NCBI GenBank assembly: GCA_009692555.1
Contig: SHYY01000002.1
Span: 19,158 to 83,157 of the forward strand
From: Myxococcales bacterium
Lineage (GTDB): Bacteria; Myxococcota_A; Polyangia; Palsa-1104; SHYY01
Reading direction: 5' to 3'
DNA length: 64,000 bases
Below are positions 18,372 to 27,268 of this stretch, one piece after another. The number at the start of each line of letters is the position of its first letter. Position 1 is the stretch's first letter. Under the pieces are notes generated by a model, which worked only from the letters and a program-made list of their open reading frames with translations, did not search any database and was not told where the DNA came from. A program made the position numbers and the translations under genes.

Positions 18372-19549
18372 CAGGCCTCCACCTCGACCCGCGCTGGCGC
18401 CTGCTTTGGCTCGCCCACCTCGACGACGTCGCCGCGCAGGAGCTGGATGCGCGCTCCGGCGCGTGCGCCGTTGAGCTGGAGCGGGTGCCCGCCGATCGCA
18501 GAGAGGCAGGGCCGCCCGTCGCTGAAGCGGAGCTCGAAGGCGCCGCCCGCGAGGAGAAAGGGCGTTGCTGCGGCGATCACCTTCAAGCCGCGATCGAGCC
18601 CGCGCGCGACCGTCAGCGTCAGCACGCCGCTCTCGACGCGGAAGCGGATCCCGCACAGCTCCCCCAGGCCAAGCTCGCCCTCCTGGTCCAACGGCAGCTC
18701 GCCACCGACGGCGCAGCCGGCGAGGAAGGTGCCGTTCTTCGACGCGCAGTCGCGCACCCGGAAGCGCCCGCCGGCCTCGAGGATCTCGGCGTGGCGGCGC
18801 GAGATCCCGCCGTCGCGGAGCGCCACCTCGCACGATCCCTCGCGCCCGAGCCCGAGGGGAAACGCGCCGACGTAGGTGGCCCGCTCGGCGCCGATCCGGA
18901 GCGTCACCCGCGACGCGGTGAGCCGCCGCGCCTCGAGCGACTCGATCAGGCGCGCGTACTCACCGACGGGAGATACCTCCATGCAGCCCCGGAGCGCGGC
19001 GAGGGCGCGGTCGCGCTCCCCGGCGGCGAGCCAGCGCTGGTAGTCCTCGAACCCCTCGGAGAGGAGGGTGTCCTTCCGGCGCCGCTTCTCGTCGCGCGCG
19101 AGCACCGCCTCGAGCCGATCCACCTCGCCCGCGCGCTGGTAGCTGTCGGCGGCCTCGCGCTCGTCGCCGGCCAGCTCGTGGCACTCGCCCGCGCCCGCCA
19201 GGTCATCGGCCGCGGTGAAGAGCGCCGCCGCCTCGCGCAGCACCGCGCGATCGGACTCGGAGATCACGCCGCTGGCGCGCACCAGGAGGAGCATCGCGCG
19301 GGCGACGCGCCGCCGGACGTCGCGGTCCACGTCCTGCCCGCCGTCGCTCCAGCGCACCGCGGCGCGCAGCTCGGCGAGGCGCGCTTCGTGTCCTCCTGCG
19401 CGCTCCGCCGCGAGGAGGTGCATCTCGCCCACCTTGTGCCGCTCGCCCGAAAGCGCGTAGGCGCGGGCCGCGTCGCCATAGTCGCCCGCTGCCTCGGCCG
19501 CGAGGGCGCGCCGGAAGTCGGCCGAGAAGACGCGCTTGAAGAACGCCAC
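18371..19549 (-). CDS. FHA domain-containing protein with N-terminal TPR-like helices
   Basis: 392 aa, GTG start 19549. FHA signature GREGSCEVALRDGGISRRHAEI...RVRDCASKNGTFL. Translationally coupled to the downstream kinase. Confidence 0.88.
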   Translation of the reverse strand: MAFFKRVFSADFRRALAAEAAGDYGDAARAYALSGERHKVGEMHLLAAERAGGHEARLAELRAAVRWSDGGQDVDRDVRRRVARAMLLLVRASGVISESDRAVLREAAALFTAADDLAGAGECHELAGDEREAADSYQRAGEVDRLEAVLARDEKRRRKDTLLSEGFEDYQRWLAAGERDRALAALRGCMEVSPVGEYARLIESLEARRLTASRVTLRIGAERATYVGAFPLGLGREGSCEVALRDGGISRRHAEILEAGGRFRVRDCASKNGTFLAGCAVGGELPLDQEGELGLGELCGIRFRVESGVLTLTVARGLDRGLKVIAAATPFLLAGGAFELRFSDGRPCLSAIGGHPLQLNGARAGARIQLLRGDVVEVGEPKQAPARVEVEA

Positions 19550-19552
19550 GGG
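19520..19552. repeat. 33-bp perfect direct repeat, copy 1 (contains the FHA gene start and first 10 codons)
   Basis: GGCCGAGAAGACGCGCTTGAAGAACGCCACGGG is identical to 20177-20209. Confidence 0.95.
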
Positions 19553-19555
19553 TGA

Positions 19556-20137
19556 TCACTGCGCCGAGTCGAGCAGCTCCACCTTGTCGTAGATCTCCGC
19601 GAGCGAGAGGTCGACGCCCAGCGAGGAAAGTGTCACCGCCCCTTCGCCCACTCGCTCCGTGAAGAGCCACTCGGGGTGCTCGATCCGGCGGTAAAGCTCC
19701 ACTCGCCGCTCGGCCTGCGCGACCAGCAGGATCTCCTGCAGCGACGGGAGCCTCCGGTAGTGGGCGAACTTGGCGCCGCGATCATAGAGTTCCGTGGAGT
19801 CGGAGAGCACTTCGACCAGCAGGAGCGGGTTGGTCAGCGACAGCGGGTCCCGCGAGTGGTACTTCGCCGGGCCGCAGACGACCGTGACGTCGGGGTAGGT
19901 GTAGAGGCGGGTCTCCGCGATGTGGACGCGCTGATCGCTCCCGAGCGCAAGACAGGGCTTGCCGCGCAGGAGGCCGCGCAGCGCTCCCTGGATATTGCCA
20001 GCGATGAGCGTGTGGCGCGTTGATGCGCCGGCCATCGCGACGATGCGTCCGTTGACGTACTCGTGCTTGTCCTCGCTGCCCCGCTCTCGAGCGAGATACT
20101 CGTCCTCGGTGGCGAGTTCCTGGTGCGCGGCGTCCAT
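19556..20137 (-). CDS. Uma2-family (DUF820, PD-(D/E)XK-like) endonuclease
   Basis: ATG 20137 (MDAAHQELATEDEY...). Family-typical YEL-like N-terminus HEYVNGRIVAM, then PDVTVV and LLVEVLSDST core. Stop lies 6 nt upstream of the FHA start. Confidence 0.85.
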   Translation of the reverse strand: MDAAHQELATEDEYLARERGSEDKHEYVNGRIVAMAGASTRHTLIAGNIQGALRGLLRGKPCLALGSDQRVHIAETRLYTYPDVTVVCGPAKYHSRDPLSLTNPLLLVEVLSDSTELYDRGAKFAHYRRLPSLQEILLVAQAERRVELYRRIEHPEWLFTERVGEGAVTLSSLGVDLSLAEIYDKVELLDSAQ

Positions 20138-20176
20138 TCGCAAAGTCTACCACCGCTGACGGCGACGGCGACGGCA

Positions 20177-20209
20177 GGCCGAGAAGACGCGCTTGAAGAA
20201 CGCCACGGG
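20177..20209. repeat. 33-bp perfect direct repeat, copy 2 (orphaned copy of the FHA start region)
   Basis: Identical to 19520-19552. On the minus strand it opens an 18-codon ORF (MAFFKRVFSACRRRRQRW) that ends 12 nt before the Uma2 ATG. Confidence 0.95.
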
Positions 20210-20238
20210 CGGAAGTGTATATCGTATGCTGCGCGCTG

Positions 20239-21819
20239 ATGCTCGAGCACGTCGCCCTCCACCAGACGCGCTTCAACGCTCCCGGCGTCGCCCCCGATTC
20301 GCGCGGCATCCTCCTCGGCAAGCAGGGCGCGGTGCTGTTCGCGTCGATCGACAAGCTGGTCGGCTTCTTCCGCATCCTCTCCGAGGAGGCGCCGCTCGAC
20401 GACCTCCTCCCGACGCTGAAGCTGCTCCAGGTGAGGACCCCGCTCCAGAGCCGCGAGTTCCTGATCCTGTTCCACGCCGCCTCCTCCTACCTCGTCGACC
20501 GCGCCGCCCGCATCACCACGCTCCTCGGCGGCCTCACCTTCACCGGCTCGGGCAAGCACTACGTGAAGTACCGCGACGAGGGCTCACCGCTCGGCTACGA
20601 CGTGAGCGAGCTGTTCGCCGAGGCGGAGGCCGGCAGCGCCGACTACCTCCTCTACGCCGAGGCCTTCACCCAGGGCTACTCGCGGGTGAAGGAGATCCCG
20701 TTTTCGCAGCTCGTCTTCCGCCTCTCACCGCGCGCCATCCCCGGCGAGGGTCCGCGATCGCGGAGGCGCGGCGCGGCGGTGAAACGGTCCGCGGCGCCGG
20801 ACCGGGCCGCCTCCGGCGAGGCGCTGTGGCTGGTGGTCCGCCCGGGCCTCGGTTCGAGCGTGCTCACCTACCTGTGGCGCAATCGCGTCGAGAGCCACGC
20901 GGCGCTGGTCGAGCGCGAGGGCGCGGGCGGGGCCTTCGGCGGGCGTGAGAAGTATCTGCTCATCCGCGCGCAGAACTTGCCCGGGCGGATGCTCGATCTG
21001 TTCACCGACGTGCCGGGGATCGAGATTCACCGCGCGGTGGGAGAGAACTTCGTCGTCGAGCTGGGCTACCGCCACCCGCTGCGCCTCGAGTCGTGTCAGA
21101 GCGTGTTCGATCGCGAGAAGTTCTACGTCTTCTCCGGACAGCGCGACGCGGTCGACGTGATCGCCGCGGCGGGCGGCCTGCCGCTCACCGCCTCGGAGAA
21201 GCTGATCACGGCCGGCTTCGACCTCGGCGAGCGGAAGGAGCCCACGGCGAACGTGGCCAGCAAGGCGGCCGAGGTGGCGGTGATGCTGCGCCTCGTGCCG
21301 TCGTCGACCCCCCCGCGCAGGGTGAGCGCGACGCTCGTTTCATGGACGCACCTCGACTGGCTGAAGAAGCTGGTCTTCGCCGTTCCACCGCCGGTGCTCA
21401 CCGGCTACCGCGTGGCGCCGGTCGACGACGGGCTCCTGATCACCGGGGCGCGAGGGGTCGACGGTCTGCCGATCGGCGAGCTGTTCCAGGAGGCCGCGCC
21501 CTCGATCTACATCCCGGTCGGCTTCGAGTTCCTGCCGCGGATCTCCGAGTCGGTGCTGACCGATCACGTCGGCGGCGTGGGCGGGCGCGTGGTGCTGTTC
21601 CGGCGCGGCTCGGCGGCACCCTTCGCGGTCGCGGAGTCCGACTTCGAGCCCCTCGGTCGCCGCATGCTCGGCCGCCTCGAGATCGAGACCCGCCCGCGCA
21701 GCACACGAGCCGCCGTTCCCCGCCCTCCCGCCGACACGCTGGTCCAGAACGAGCCGCTCGGCGCGCTGCCACTGTGGGGTTTCCAGGGCGGCGAGATCCC
21801 CGAAGCGGGCGACGAGTAG
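20239..21819 (+). CDS. hypothetical protein (about 527 aa), no family recognised
   Basis: Long ORF with balanced, non-shadow composition (K, F, Y, I present). Start uncertain (GTG 20215 or ATG 20239). No catalytic motif seen. Confidence 0.7.
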   Translation: MLEHVALHQTRFNAPGVAPDSRGILLGKQGAVLFASIDKLVGFFRILSEEAPLDDLLPTLKLLQVRTPLQSREFLILFHAASSYLVDRAARITTLLGGLTFTGSGKHYVKYRDEGSPLGYDVSELFAEAEAGSADYLLYAEAFTQGYSRVKEIPFSQLVFRLSPRAIPGEGPRSRRRGAAVKRSAAPDRAASGEALWLVVRPGLGSSVLTYLWRNRVESHAALVEREGAGGAFGGREKYLLIRAQNLPGRMLDLFTDVPGIEIHRAVGENFVVELGYRHPLRLESCQSVFDREKFYVFSGQRDAVDVIAAAGGLPLTASEKLITAGFDLGERKEPTANVASKAAEVAVMLRLVPSSTPPRRVSATLVSWTHLDWLKKLVFAVPPPVLTGYRVAPVDDGLLITGARGVDGLPIGELFQEAAPSIYIPVGFEFLPRISESVLTDHVGGVGGRVVLFRRGSAAPFAVAESDFEPLGRRMLGRLEIETRPRSTRAAVPRPPADTLVQNEPLGALPLWGFQGGEIPEAGDE

Positions 21820-21824
21820 GGCGC

Positions 21825-22949
21825 GTGAGCCGCGGCGGTTTCGTCGAGTCGTTCCTCCTCCCGCTCGTCGCCGGAGGGGTGGCCCACGTCGGTGCGCCGC
21901 TCGGACTGGCCGGGCTCGCACGGCTGCGCGCGCTGAAGGTCGATCCGGGCCTCGCCGCCGAGGTGTTCGCGGCACGCTCGGCGGTCGCGAGCGAGCTGCT
22001 CTACGATCCGATCCCACCGCAGCTCGATCTCCCGTCGCTGCGCCTCGCGATCGCGGTGCACGATCTGCTGTTCCTGTTCCATCCTGGCGCGGCCGGACTG
22101 GCGGTGCGCGGCAAGAGGATCGCCGAGGTGGCGCGCTTCGCCGCGGCGCTGGCCGCTCTCCCCGCCACCACCGATGACGACATGCTGGTCGCGCGCCACA
22201 CCATCCTCCATCTGGTTCCCGGCCTCGGACGGACGGATGTGCGCGTGTCGTTCTGGGCGGGTAGGCGCGAGTTCCATGGCGAGGAGCCGCCCCGCCGCCT
22301 CACCGCCTGGCCGAACATGCGGCGGGTGCACGAGGAGCGCTGGCGGGTCGGCTGCTTCGCCGAGGCGGCCTCGCACGCGCAGGGCGGCGAGGTGGTGCGC
22401 GCCCTCCTCGACGCCAGCCCGCTCACCGATCTCCTGAACCCGGTGCGGATCGAGCCGCGCCTCGTTCTCGGCAGTCGCCGCGCTGTGCTCGCGAGGCCCG
22501 CGCTCTGCCGCCTGGTCATCTACGCCTGGCTCGACGGTGGAATCGACCGGGTCGGGGGCGCGCTGGCGACCGCGGCGATCGCCGAGCTCGACGGGCGGGA
22601 GCCGGAGGTGGGCCGCTTCGTGTGCGCCCTGATCGCCCATCTGCACCTCTGCACAATCCTCGCGCCGACGGCGCAAGTGCCGACCCGCGAGCGCCGCCCG
22701 GCGCCGCGGATCCTGGTGGGGACCGACCTCGCCCTGCGCGACTTCTACGGCCTCTTTGCCGCGCTCCACCGCGCGATCCCCAGGCTGGCTGCGCCGGCGG
22801 ATGTGCATCGGGATCCACGCCTCGGGCCGAGGGTGGCCGAGCACGCAGCGGCCTGCGCCCTGGCCTGCGGCGAGCTGCGCGTCGGTGAGCTCGCGGCGCT
22901 GGTGGCGCGAACCGGGGGCCCGATCGCCCTCTCGAACGCCCTCCCTTGA
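21825..22949 (+). CDS. hypothetical protein (374 aa), mostly helical, no family recognised
   Basis: GTG 21825 lies 5 nt after the stop of the upstream gene. Only the last 374 codons of the 618-aa track ORF look coding. Confidence 0.6.
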   Translation: MSRGGFVESFLLPLVAGGVAHVGAPLGLAGLARLRALKVDPGLAAEVFAARSAVASELLYDPIPPQLDLPSLRLAIAVHDLLFLFHPGAAGLAVRGKRIAEVARFAAALAALPATTDDDMLVARHTILHLVPGLGRTDVRVSFWAGRREFHGEEPPRRLTAWPNMRRVHEERWRVGCFAEAASHAQGGEVVRALLDASPLTDLLNPVRIEPRLVLGSRRAVLARPALCRLVIYAWLDGGIDRVGGALATAAIAELDGREPEVGRFVCALIAHLHLCTILAPTAQVPTRERRPAPRILVGTDLALRDFYGLFAALHRAIPRLAAPADVHRDPRLGPRVAEHAAACALACGELRVGELAALVARTGGPIALSNALP

Positions 22950-23059
22950 TGGCAAGTAACGTATTGTCACATAAGTCAAAATGATGGAAAGGCGGTTACG
23001 TACAATCTCTGTGATTGATATTATACATCTTGCAAATTGATGAAAAGAGCATATCGGCC
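22950..23059 (+). promoter_or_regulatory. AT-rich island upstream of the Fic gene (candidate promoter or foreign-DNA junction)
   Basis: gtaacgtattgtcacataagtcaaaatgatgg...gattgatattatacatcttgcaaattgatgaaaag is far more AT-rich than any other stretch of comparable length I noticed in the window. No confident -35/-10 assignment. Confidence 0.35.
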
Positions 23060-24187
23060 ATGATTTTCCAGGTGCCCAGGCTCGACGCCAGAGAGCTCGA
23101 GATCAGCGACCGGATCGAGGAGCTGAAGCAGCGCCTCGGCTATGCCACCCGGGCGCCCGCGCGACGCTGGCAAGGTCTGCTCCGCCGCAACTCGTTCGCG
23201 AACGCGATCCGCGGCTCGAACAGCATCGAGGGCTACAACGTCTCGGTCGACGATGCGGTGGCGGCCGCCGAGGGCGCGGAGCCCCGCGATGCCTCCGCTG
23301 ACACCTGGGCCGCGATCACCGGTTATCGAGCAGCGATGACCTATGTCCTGGAGCTGGCTGACGATCCGCATTTCTCGTTCTCGACCGATCTGCTGAGATC
23401 GCTGCATTTCATGATGATCCAGGCCGATCTCACCAGGCACCCGGGGCGATGGCGGCCAGGACCCATTTTCGTTCACGACGATCAGACCGACAGGACCCTC
23501 TACGAGGGGCCGCCCGCCGAGGACGTGCCGGCGATGGCGGCCGAGCTTGCCCTGGCGCTCAACCGGAAATCCGAGGAGCCGGTGACGGTGCGGGCGGCGA
23601 TGGCGCACTTGAACCTGGTGATGATCCACCCGTTCTCCGACGGCAACGGACGGATGGCGCGGTGCCTCCAGACGCTGGTCCTGGCGCGGGCCGGGACGCT
23701 CGCGCCGATGTTCTGCAGCATCGAGGAGTACCTCGGCAAGAACACGCAGAGCTACTACGACGTGCTTGGTGAGGTCGGCGGCGGCGCATGGCACCCGGAG
23801 CGCGATGCGAGGCCGTGGGTCCGATTCTGCCTCGCGGCTCACTTCCGCCAGGCGAGCACGCTGCTCCGTCGCTCGCGCGAGATGAGCCGGTTGTGGGAGG
23901 TGGCGGATCGCGAGCTCCGGAAGCGCGGCCTGCCGGAGCGAATGGTCGTGGCGTTCGTCGATGCGGCCATGGGCTTCCAGGTCCGCAACGCCACCTACCG
24001 CTGCGCAGCGGAGGTCTCCGATCAGGTCGCCGGGCGCGACCTCCGGCAGCTTGCGGTGGAGGGCTTTCTCGAGGCCGTCGGCGAGCGGCGCGGGCGCTAC
24101 TACAAGGCGTCGAGGCGCCTCGCGCAGCTGTTTGCCGGCCTTCGTGAGCCAAAGCAGACCGAAGATCCGTTCGCCGATCGTCTGTGA
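23060..24187 (+). CDS. Fic-family protein (AMPylase-type) with intrinsic inhibitory helix and C-terminal wHTH-like region
   Basis: Active-site HPFSDGNGRMAR. N-terminal SNSIEG fits the [ST]xxxE[GN] inhibitory motif. Start ATG 23060 (MIFQVPRLD). Confidence 0.9.
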   Translation: MIFQVPRLDARELEISDRIEELKQRLGYATRAPARRWQGLLRRNSFANAIRGSNSIEGYNVSVDDAVAAAEGAEPRDASADTWAAITGYRAAMTYVLELADDPHFSFSTDLLRSLHFMMIQADLTRHPGRWRPGPIFVHDDQTDRTLYEGPPAEDVPAMAAELALALNRKSEEPVTVRAAMAHLNLVMIHPFSDGNGRMARCLQTLVLARAGTLAPMFCSIEEYLGKNTQSYYDVLGEVGGGAWHPERDARPWVRFCLAAHFRQASTLLRRSREMSRLWEVADRELRKRGLPERMVVAFVDAAMGFQVRNATYRCAAEVSDQVAGRDLRQLAVEGFLEAVGERRGRYYKASRRLAQLFAGLREPKQTEDPFADRL

Positions 24188-24355
24188 GGTCCGGAGGCGC
24201 CGTCTGCGTGTCCTCGGTGCAAGCCGCTTGCGAGCACACGAGGAGACACCCGATGCGCCACCTGCTGATCGCCTTGACCGCTCCTCGAACGCAGGTAGCC
24301 ACCGCAGGGCAATCGAGTTCCCGTGGCGAGGTTCTGCGGTACACTGCCGCGCGCC

Positions 24356-25645
24356 ATGGAGAAGCCGCCTCCCGTCCCCGTGCCGCTGACCCCCGCCGTC
24401 CGCACCGATCCTGCGCCAGCGACGCCGGCAATAGCCGGCGTGCAGCAAGCTCGGAGCGCAACGGCGCGCCCTCCCGCCACCTCCTCGCCCGCGATCGCCG
24501 TGCGCCTCCAGGAGGCGGCGCGGGTGATGGAGCAGCACTTCCTCGACAAGCAGGAGATCATCCGCCTCCTGCTCATCTCCACCGTCGCTGGCGAGCACAT
24601 GGTCCTGGTGGGGCCGCCCGGCACCGCCAAGAGCGCGCTGGTGCGCCTGTTCGCCCGGCTCGTCGACGCGAAGTACTTCGAGTACCTCCTCACCCGCTTC
24701 ACCGAGCCGAACGAGCTGTTCGGGCCGGTCGATATCCGTGCCTTCCGGGAGGGGGTCTACACCCGCCGCACCGAGACCATGCTCCCCGAGGCGGAGATCG
24801 TCTTCCTCGACGAGATCTTCAAGTCGAACTCGGCGATCCTGAACTCGCTGCTGACGATCGTCAACGAGCGCACCTTCTCCAACGGGTCGAAGGTGATGAA
24901 GGTGCCGCTGCTCTCGATGTTCGGCGCCTCGAACGAGGTCCCGAACGACGAGAACCTCGCGGCGATCTTCGACCGCTTCCTGATCCGCGTCGCGTCCGAC
25001 AACCTCGACGGCTACCACTTCCACAACCTCGTCTCGCGCGGCCTCGCGACGGAGACGGCGAAGATCACCGGGCGCGAGGATCAGATCAAGCCGCTCCTCT
25101 CGGCGCGCGATCTCCACGAGCTGCACCGCCGCTTCGATCAGCACCTCCAGTTCAGCGAGGACTTCCTCTCGAAGTACAAGGGGATGATCTTCCAGATCCG
25201 ATCGGAGGGGATCTCGGTCTCCGATCGGCGGGTGGTGAAGCTGCTCAAGCTCTTCGCCGCGTCGGCGGTGGTCGACGGACGCCAGCAGGCGAACGACTCC
25301 GACTTCTTCATCCTCCGGCACATCTGGAACAACCTCGACCAGACCGAGATCCTCGACGAGATCGTGAAGCCGGTGGTCGATCGCTACTTCCGAGATCATC
25401 CGGATGCGCGCCGCTTCACCGCCGGCGGCGCAGGCCTCGACGAGATCCTCGCCGAGCTGAAGATCATCCGCGAGGTGCTGACCTCGGGCGAGCAGCTCTC
25501 CGACATCCAGCTCTTCTCGCAGCTGAAGAACCTGAACGAGATCAAGGCGGCGCTCCAGGCGGTCGACTCCGAGACCGCGCGCCGGATGATCGGCGAGATC
25601 GACGCGCTGCTCGAGAACCTCTTCGCGTCGTCGAAGTTCGGCTAG
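24356..25645 (+). CDS. RavA/MoxR-type AAA+ ATPase with Pro/Ala-rich N-terminal extension
   Basis: Walker A GPPGTAKS, Walker B IVFLDEIFK, and FEYLLTRFTEPNELFGP plus LNSLLTIVNERTFSNG, which closely parallel my recollection of E. coli RavA. Start ATG 24356 (alternative GTG 24323). Confidence 0.88.
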   Translation: MEKPPPVPVPLTPAVRTDPAPATPAIAGVQQARSATARPPATSSPAIAVRLQEAARVMEQHFLDKQEIIRLLLISTVAGEHMVLVGPPGTAKSALVRLFARLVDAKYFEYLLTRFTEPNELFGPVDIRAFREGVYTRRTETMLPEAEIVFLDEIFKSNSAILNSLLTIVNERTFSNGSKVMKVPLLSMFGASNEVPNDENLAAIFDRFLIRVASDNLDGYHFHNLVSRGLATETAKITGREDQIKPLLSARDLHELHRRFDQHLQFSEDFLSKYKGMIFQIRSEGISVSDRRVVKLLKLFAASAVVDGRQQANDSDFFILRHIWNNLDQTEILDEIVKPVVDRYFRDHPDARRFTAGGAGLDEILAELKIIREVLTSGEQLSDIQLFSQLKNLNEIKAALQAVDSETARRMIGEIDALLENLFASSKFG

Positions 25646-25657
25646 GTCGCCCGCCCG

Positions 25658-26613
25658 ATGATCGATCAGGCCCGCCTCGACCGCATCCACCTCCATCCGC
25701 GGCCGTGGGGACAGCGCCTGCTCGGCTGGCTCTTCCTGCGGCCGAACTTCCGCATCTTCCGTCGCACCCGCATCCTCCTCGAAGGGCGCGAGCACCTCCC
25801 GCGCGGCGGCGGGGCGATCCTGGTCATGAACCACACCGACCGCTACAATATACTGGCCCCTCCAGTACCAGCTGTGGCGCGAGAACCTCGGCTTCACGGC
25901 AACCTGGGTAAAGGGGAAATACTACGAAAACGCGGCGCTGGCCTGGTTCATGGACGCCTGCAACAACATCCCGGTGCCGTCCCCGGGGCTACCTCCTCAC
26001 CAAGGACTTCCAGCGCGCGCTCGGCCGGGTGCCGAGCGACCTGGAGTACGGCTTCCTGAAGCGCCTCTGCGACGGGGCGATCGACGAGCAGGCCGCCCGG
26101 AAGGACGGTGGCGAGGGAATCGCGGCGCTGCTCGGGAGCGGCTTCACCGCGGCGGCGCTCGAGGCGCGTTTCAAGGCGATGATGCGGCGGGTGGTGGCGA
26201 TCAATCGCGAGGGGCTGGCGATGGGGCTCAACCTCCTCATCTTTCCGCAGGGCACCCGCTCGATCCGCCTCACCCGCGGCCACACCGGCGCCGCGCAGGT
26301 GGCGCTCCATACCGGCGCGCCGGTGATCCCGATCGGCTGCAACGGCTCCGACCAGCTCTACCCGGGCAACTCGCCGTGGAGCCGGAGCGGCACCGTCCGC
26401 TACCGGATCGGCGAGCCGCTCACCGTCGACAATGCGCTCCGTCCGTTCGCGATCGACCAGCCCTTCACGCCCTTCACCCGCGACGCCGAGCGCCACGAGC
26501 CGACGTTCCGCAAGCTCACCGATCTGCTGATGGATCGCATCGACGCGCTGCTCGATCCGCCCTACCGCTACGGCGACGTCACCGAGGGCAAGGGAGCCAG
26601 CCGCTTCGTCTGA
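25658..26613 (+). pseudogene. PlsC-family lysophospholipid acyltransferase interrupted by two +1 frameshifts
   Basis: Frame 1 gives ...ILVMNHTDRYN. Frame 2 gives YWPLQYQLWRENLGFTATWVKGKYYENAALAWFMDACNNIPVPS. Frame 3 gives RGYLLTKDFQ...LLIFPQGTRS...PVIPIG. Shifts lie near 25850 (AATATAC) and 25981-25988 (CCCCGGGG). Confidence 0.8.
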
Positions 26614-26633
26614 CGCCGTGCTAGCCTTCGGCC

Positions 26634-27197
26634 ATGCGGCACATCGCCGTCGCGCTCGGGTTCCTCGCCGCCCTCACCGGCTGCAAGGTCGACAAGCTCT
26701 CTTCGCGGGGAAAGACGCCGCCCGCGCCGGCGAACGGCTCGTCGCTGACGCAGCGTTTCGGATCGCCGAACAAGCGGATCACCGCCCGCTACCCGGCCGA
26801 CTTCGCGGCGAGCGTCCCGCCGAACACCAACGCGGTCATCCTCGCCCGCAACCTCCCGGGCGGCAGCGACGAGGCGGTCTCGCTCCTGCCGATCGAGAAC
26901 CCGGTGTCGCACGCGCTCGAGGAGTTCGCGCGGATCGTCCACAACGCCTCGACGGGCACGCTCCACAAGTGGCAGCAGACCTCGATCCGCCGCACCCCCT
27001 GCAACGGAATGCCAGGCGTCGAGATCACCGGGACCTGGGTCGACGAGAAGTCGGGCGGCGTCCTGTTTCGCCGCGCCTGCGCGTTCGTGCGCAACCGCCA
27101 CGGCTACTGCTTCGGCTACTCGGCGCCGCAGGGCGTGGCTCTCGAGCACATGCCGCTCCTGCAGGCGATCGTGGAGGCCACCGAGTTCGGGGACTGA
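26634..27197 (+). CDS. hypothetical lipoprotein
   Basis: Lipobox LAALTGC, 187 aa. Confidence 0.75.
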   Translation: MRHIAVALGFLAALTGCKVDKLSSRGKTPPAPANGSSLTQRFGSPNKRITARYPADFAASVPPNTNAVILARNLPGGSDEAVSLLPIENPVSHALEEFARIVHNASTGTLHKWQQTSIRRTPCNGMPGVEITGTWVDEKSGGVLFRRACAFVRNRHGYCFGYSAPQGVALEHMPLLQAIVEATEFGD

Positions 27198-27268
27198 ACT
27201 GGGTCTTCGGGGACTGGGCTTGCGGGAACTTGGCGCGCTGGCCGCCGTTGGCTATCCTCCTCTGGCGA

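Noticed and set aside
23021-25897. 958-aa minus-strand ORF
   Set aside because: It lies antisense to the Fic and RavA-like genes, both of which carry unmistakable active-site motifs. The product has no motifs and a shadow-type composition.
25845-25990. Programmed ribosomal frameshifting as the explanation for the split acyltransferase, Cys-rich lipoprotein and kinase genes
   Set aside because: I saw no slippery heptamer or downstream pseudoknot-like structure at any of the five sites, and the families involved are not known to use recoding. Mutation or sequencing error is more parsimonious.
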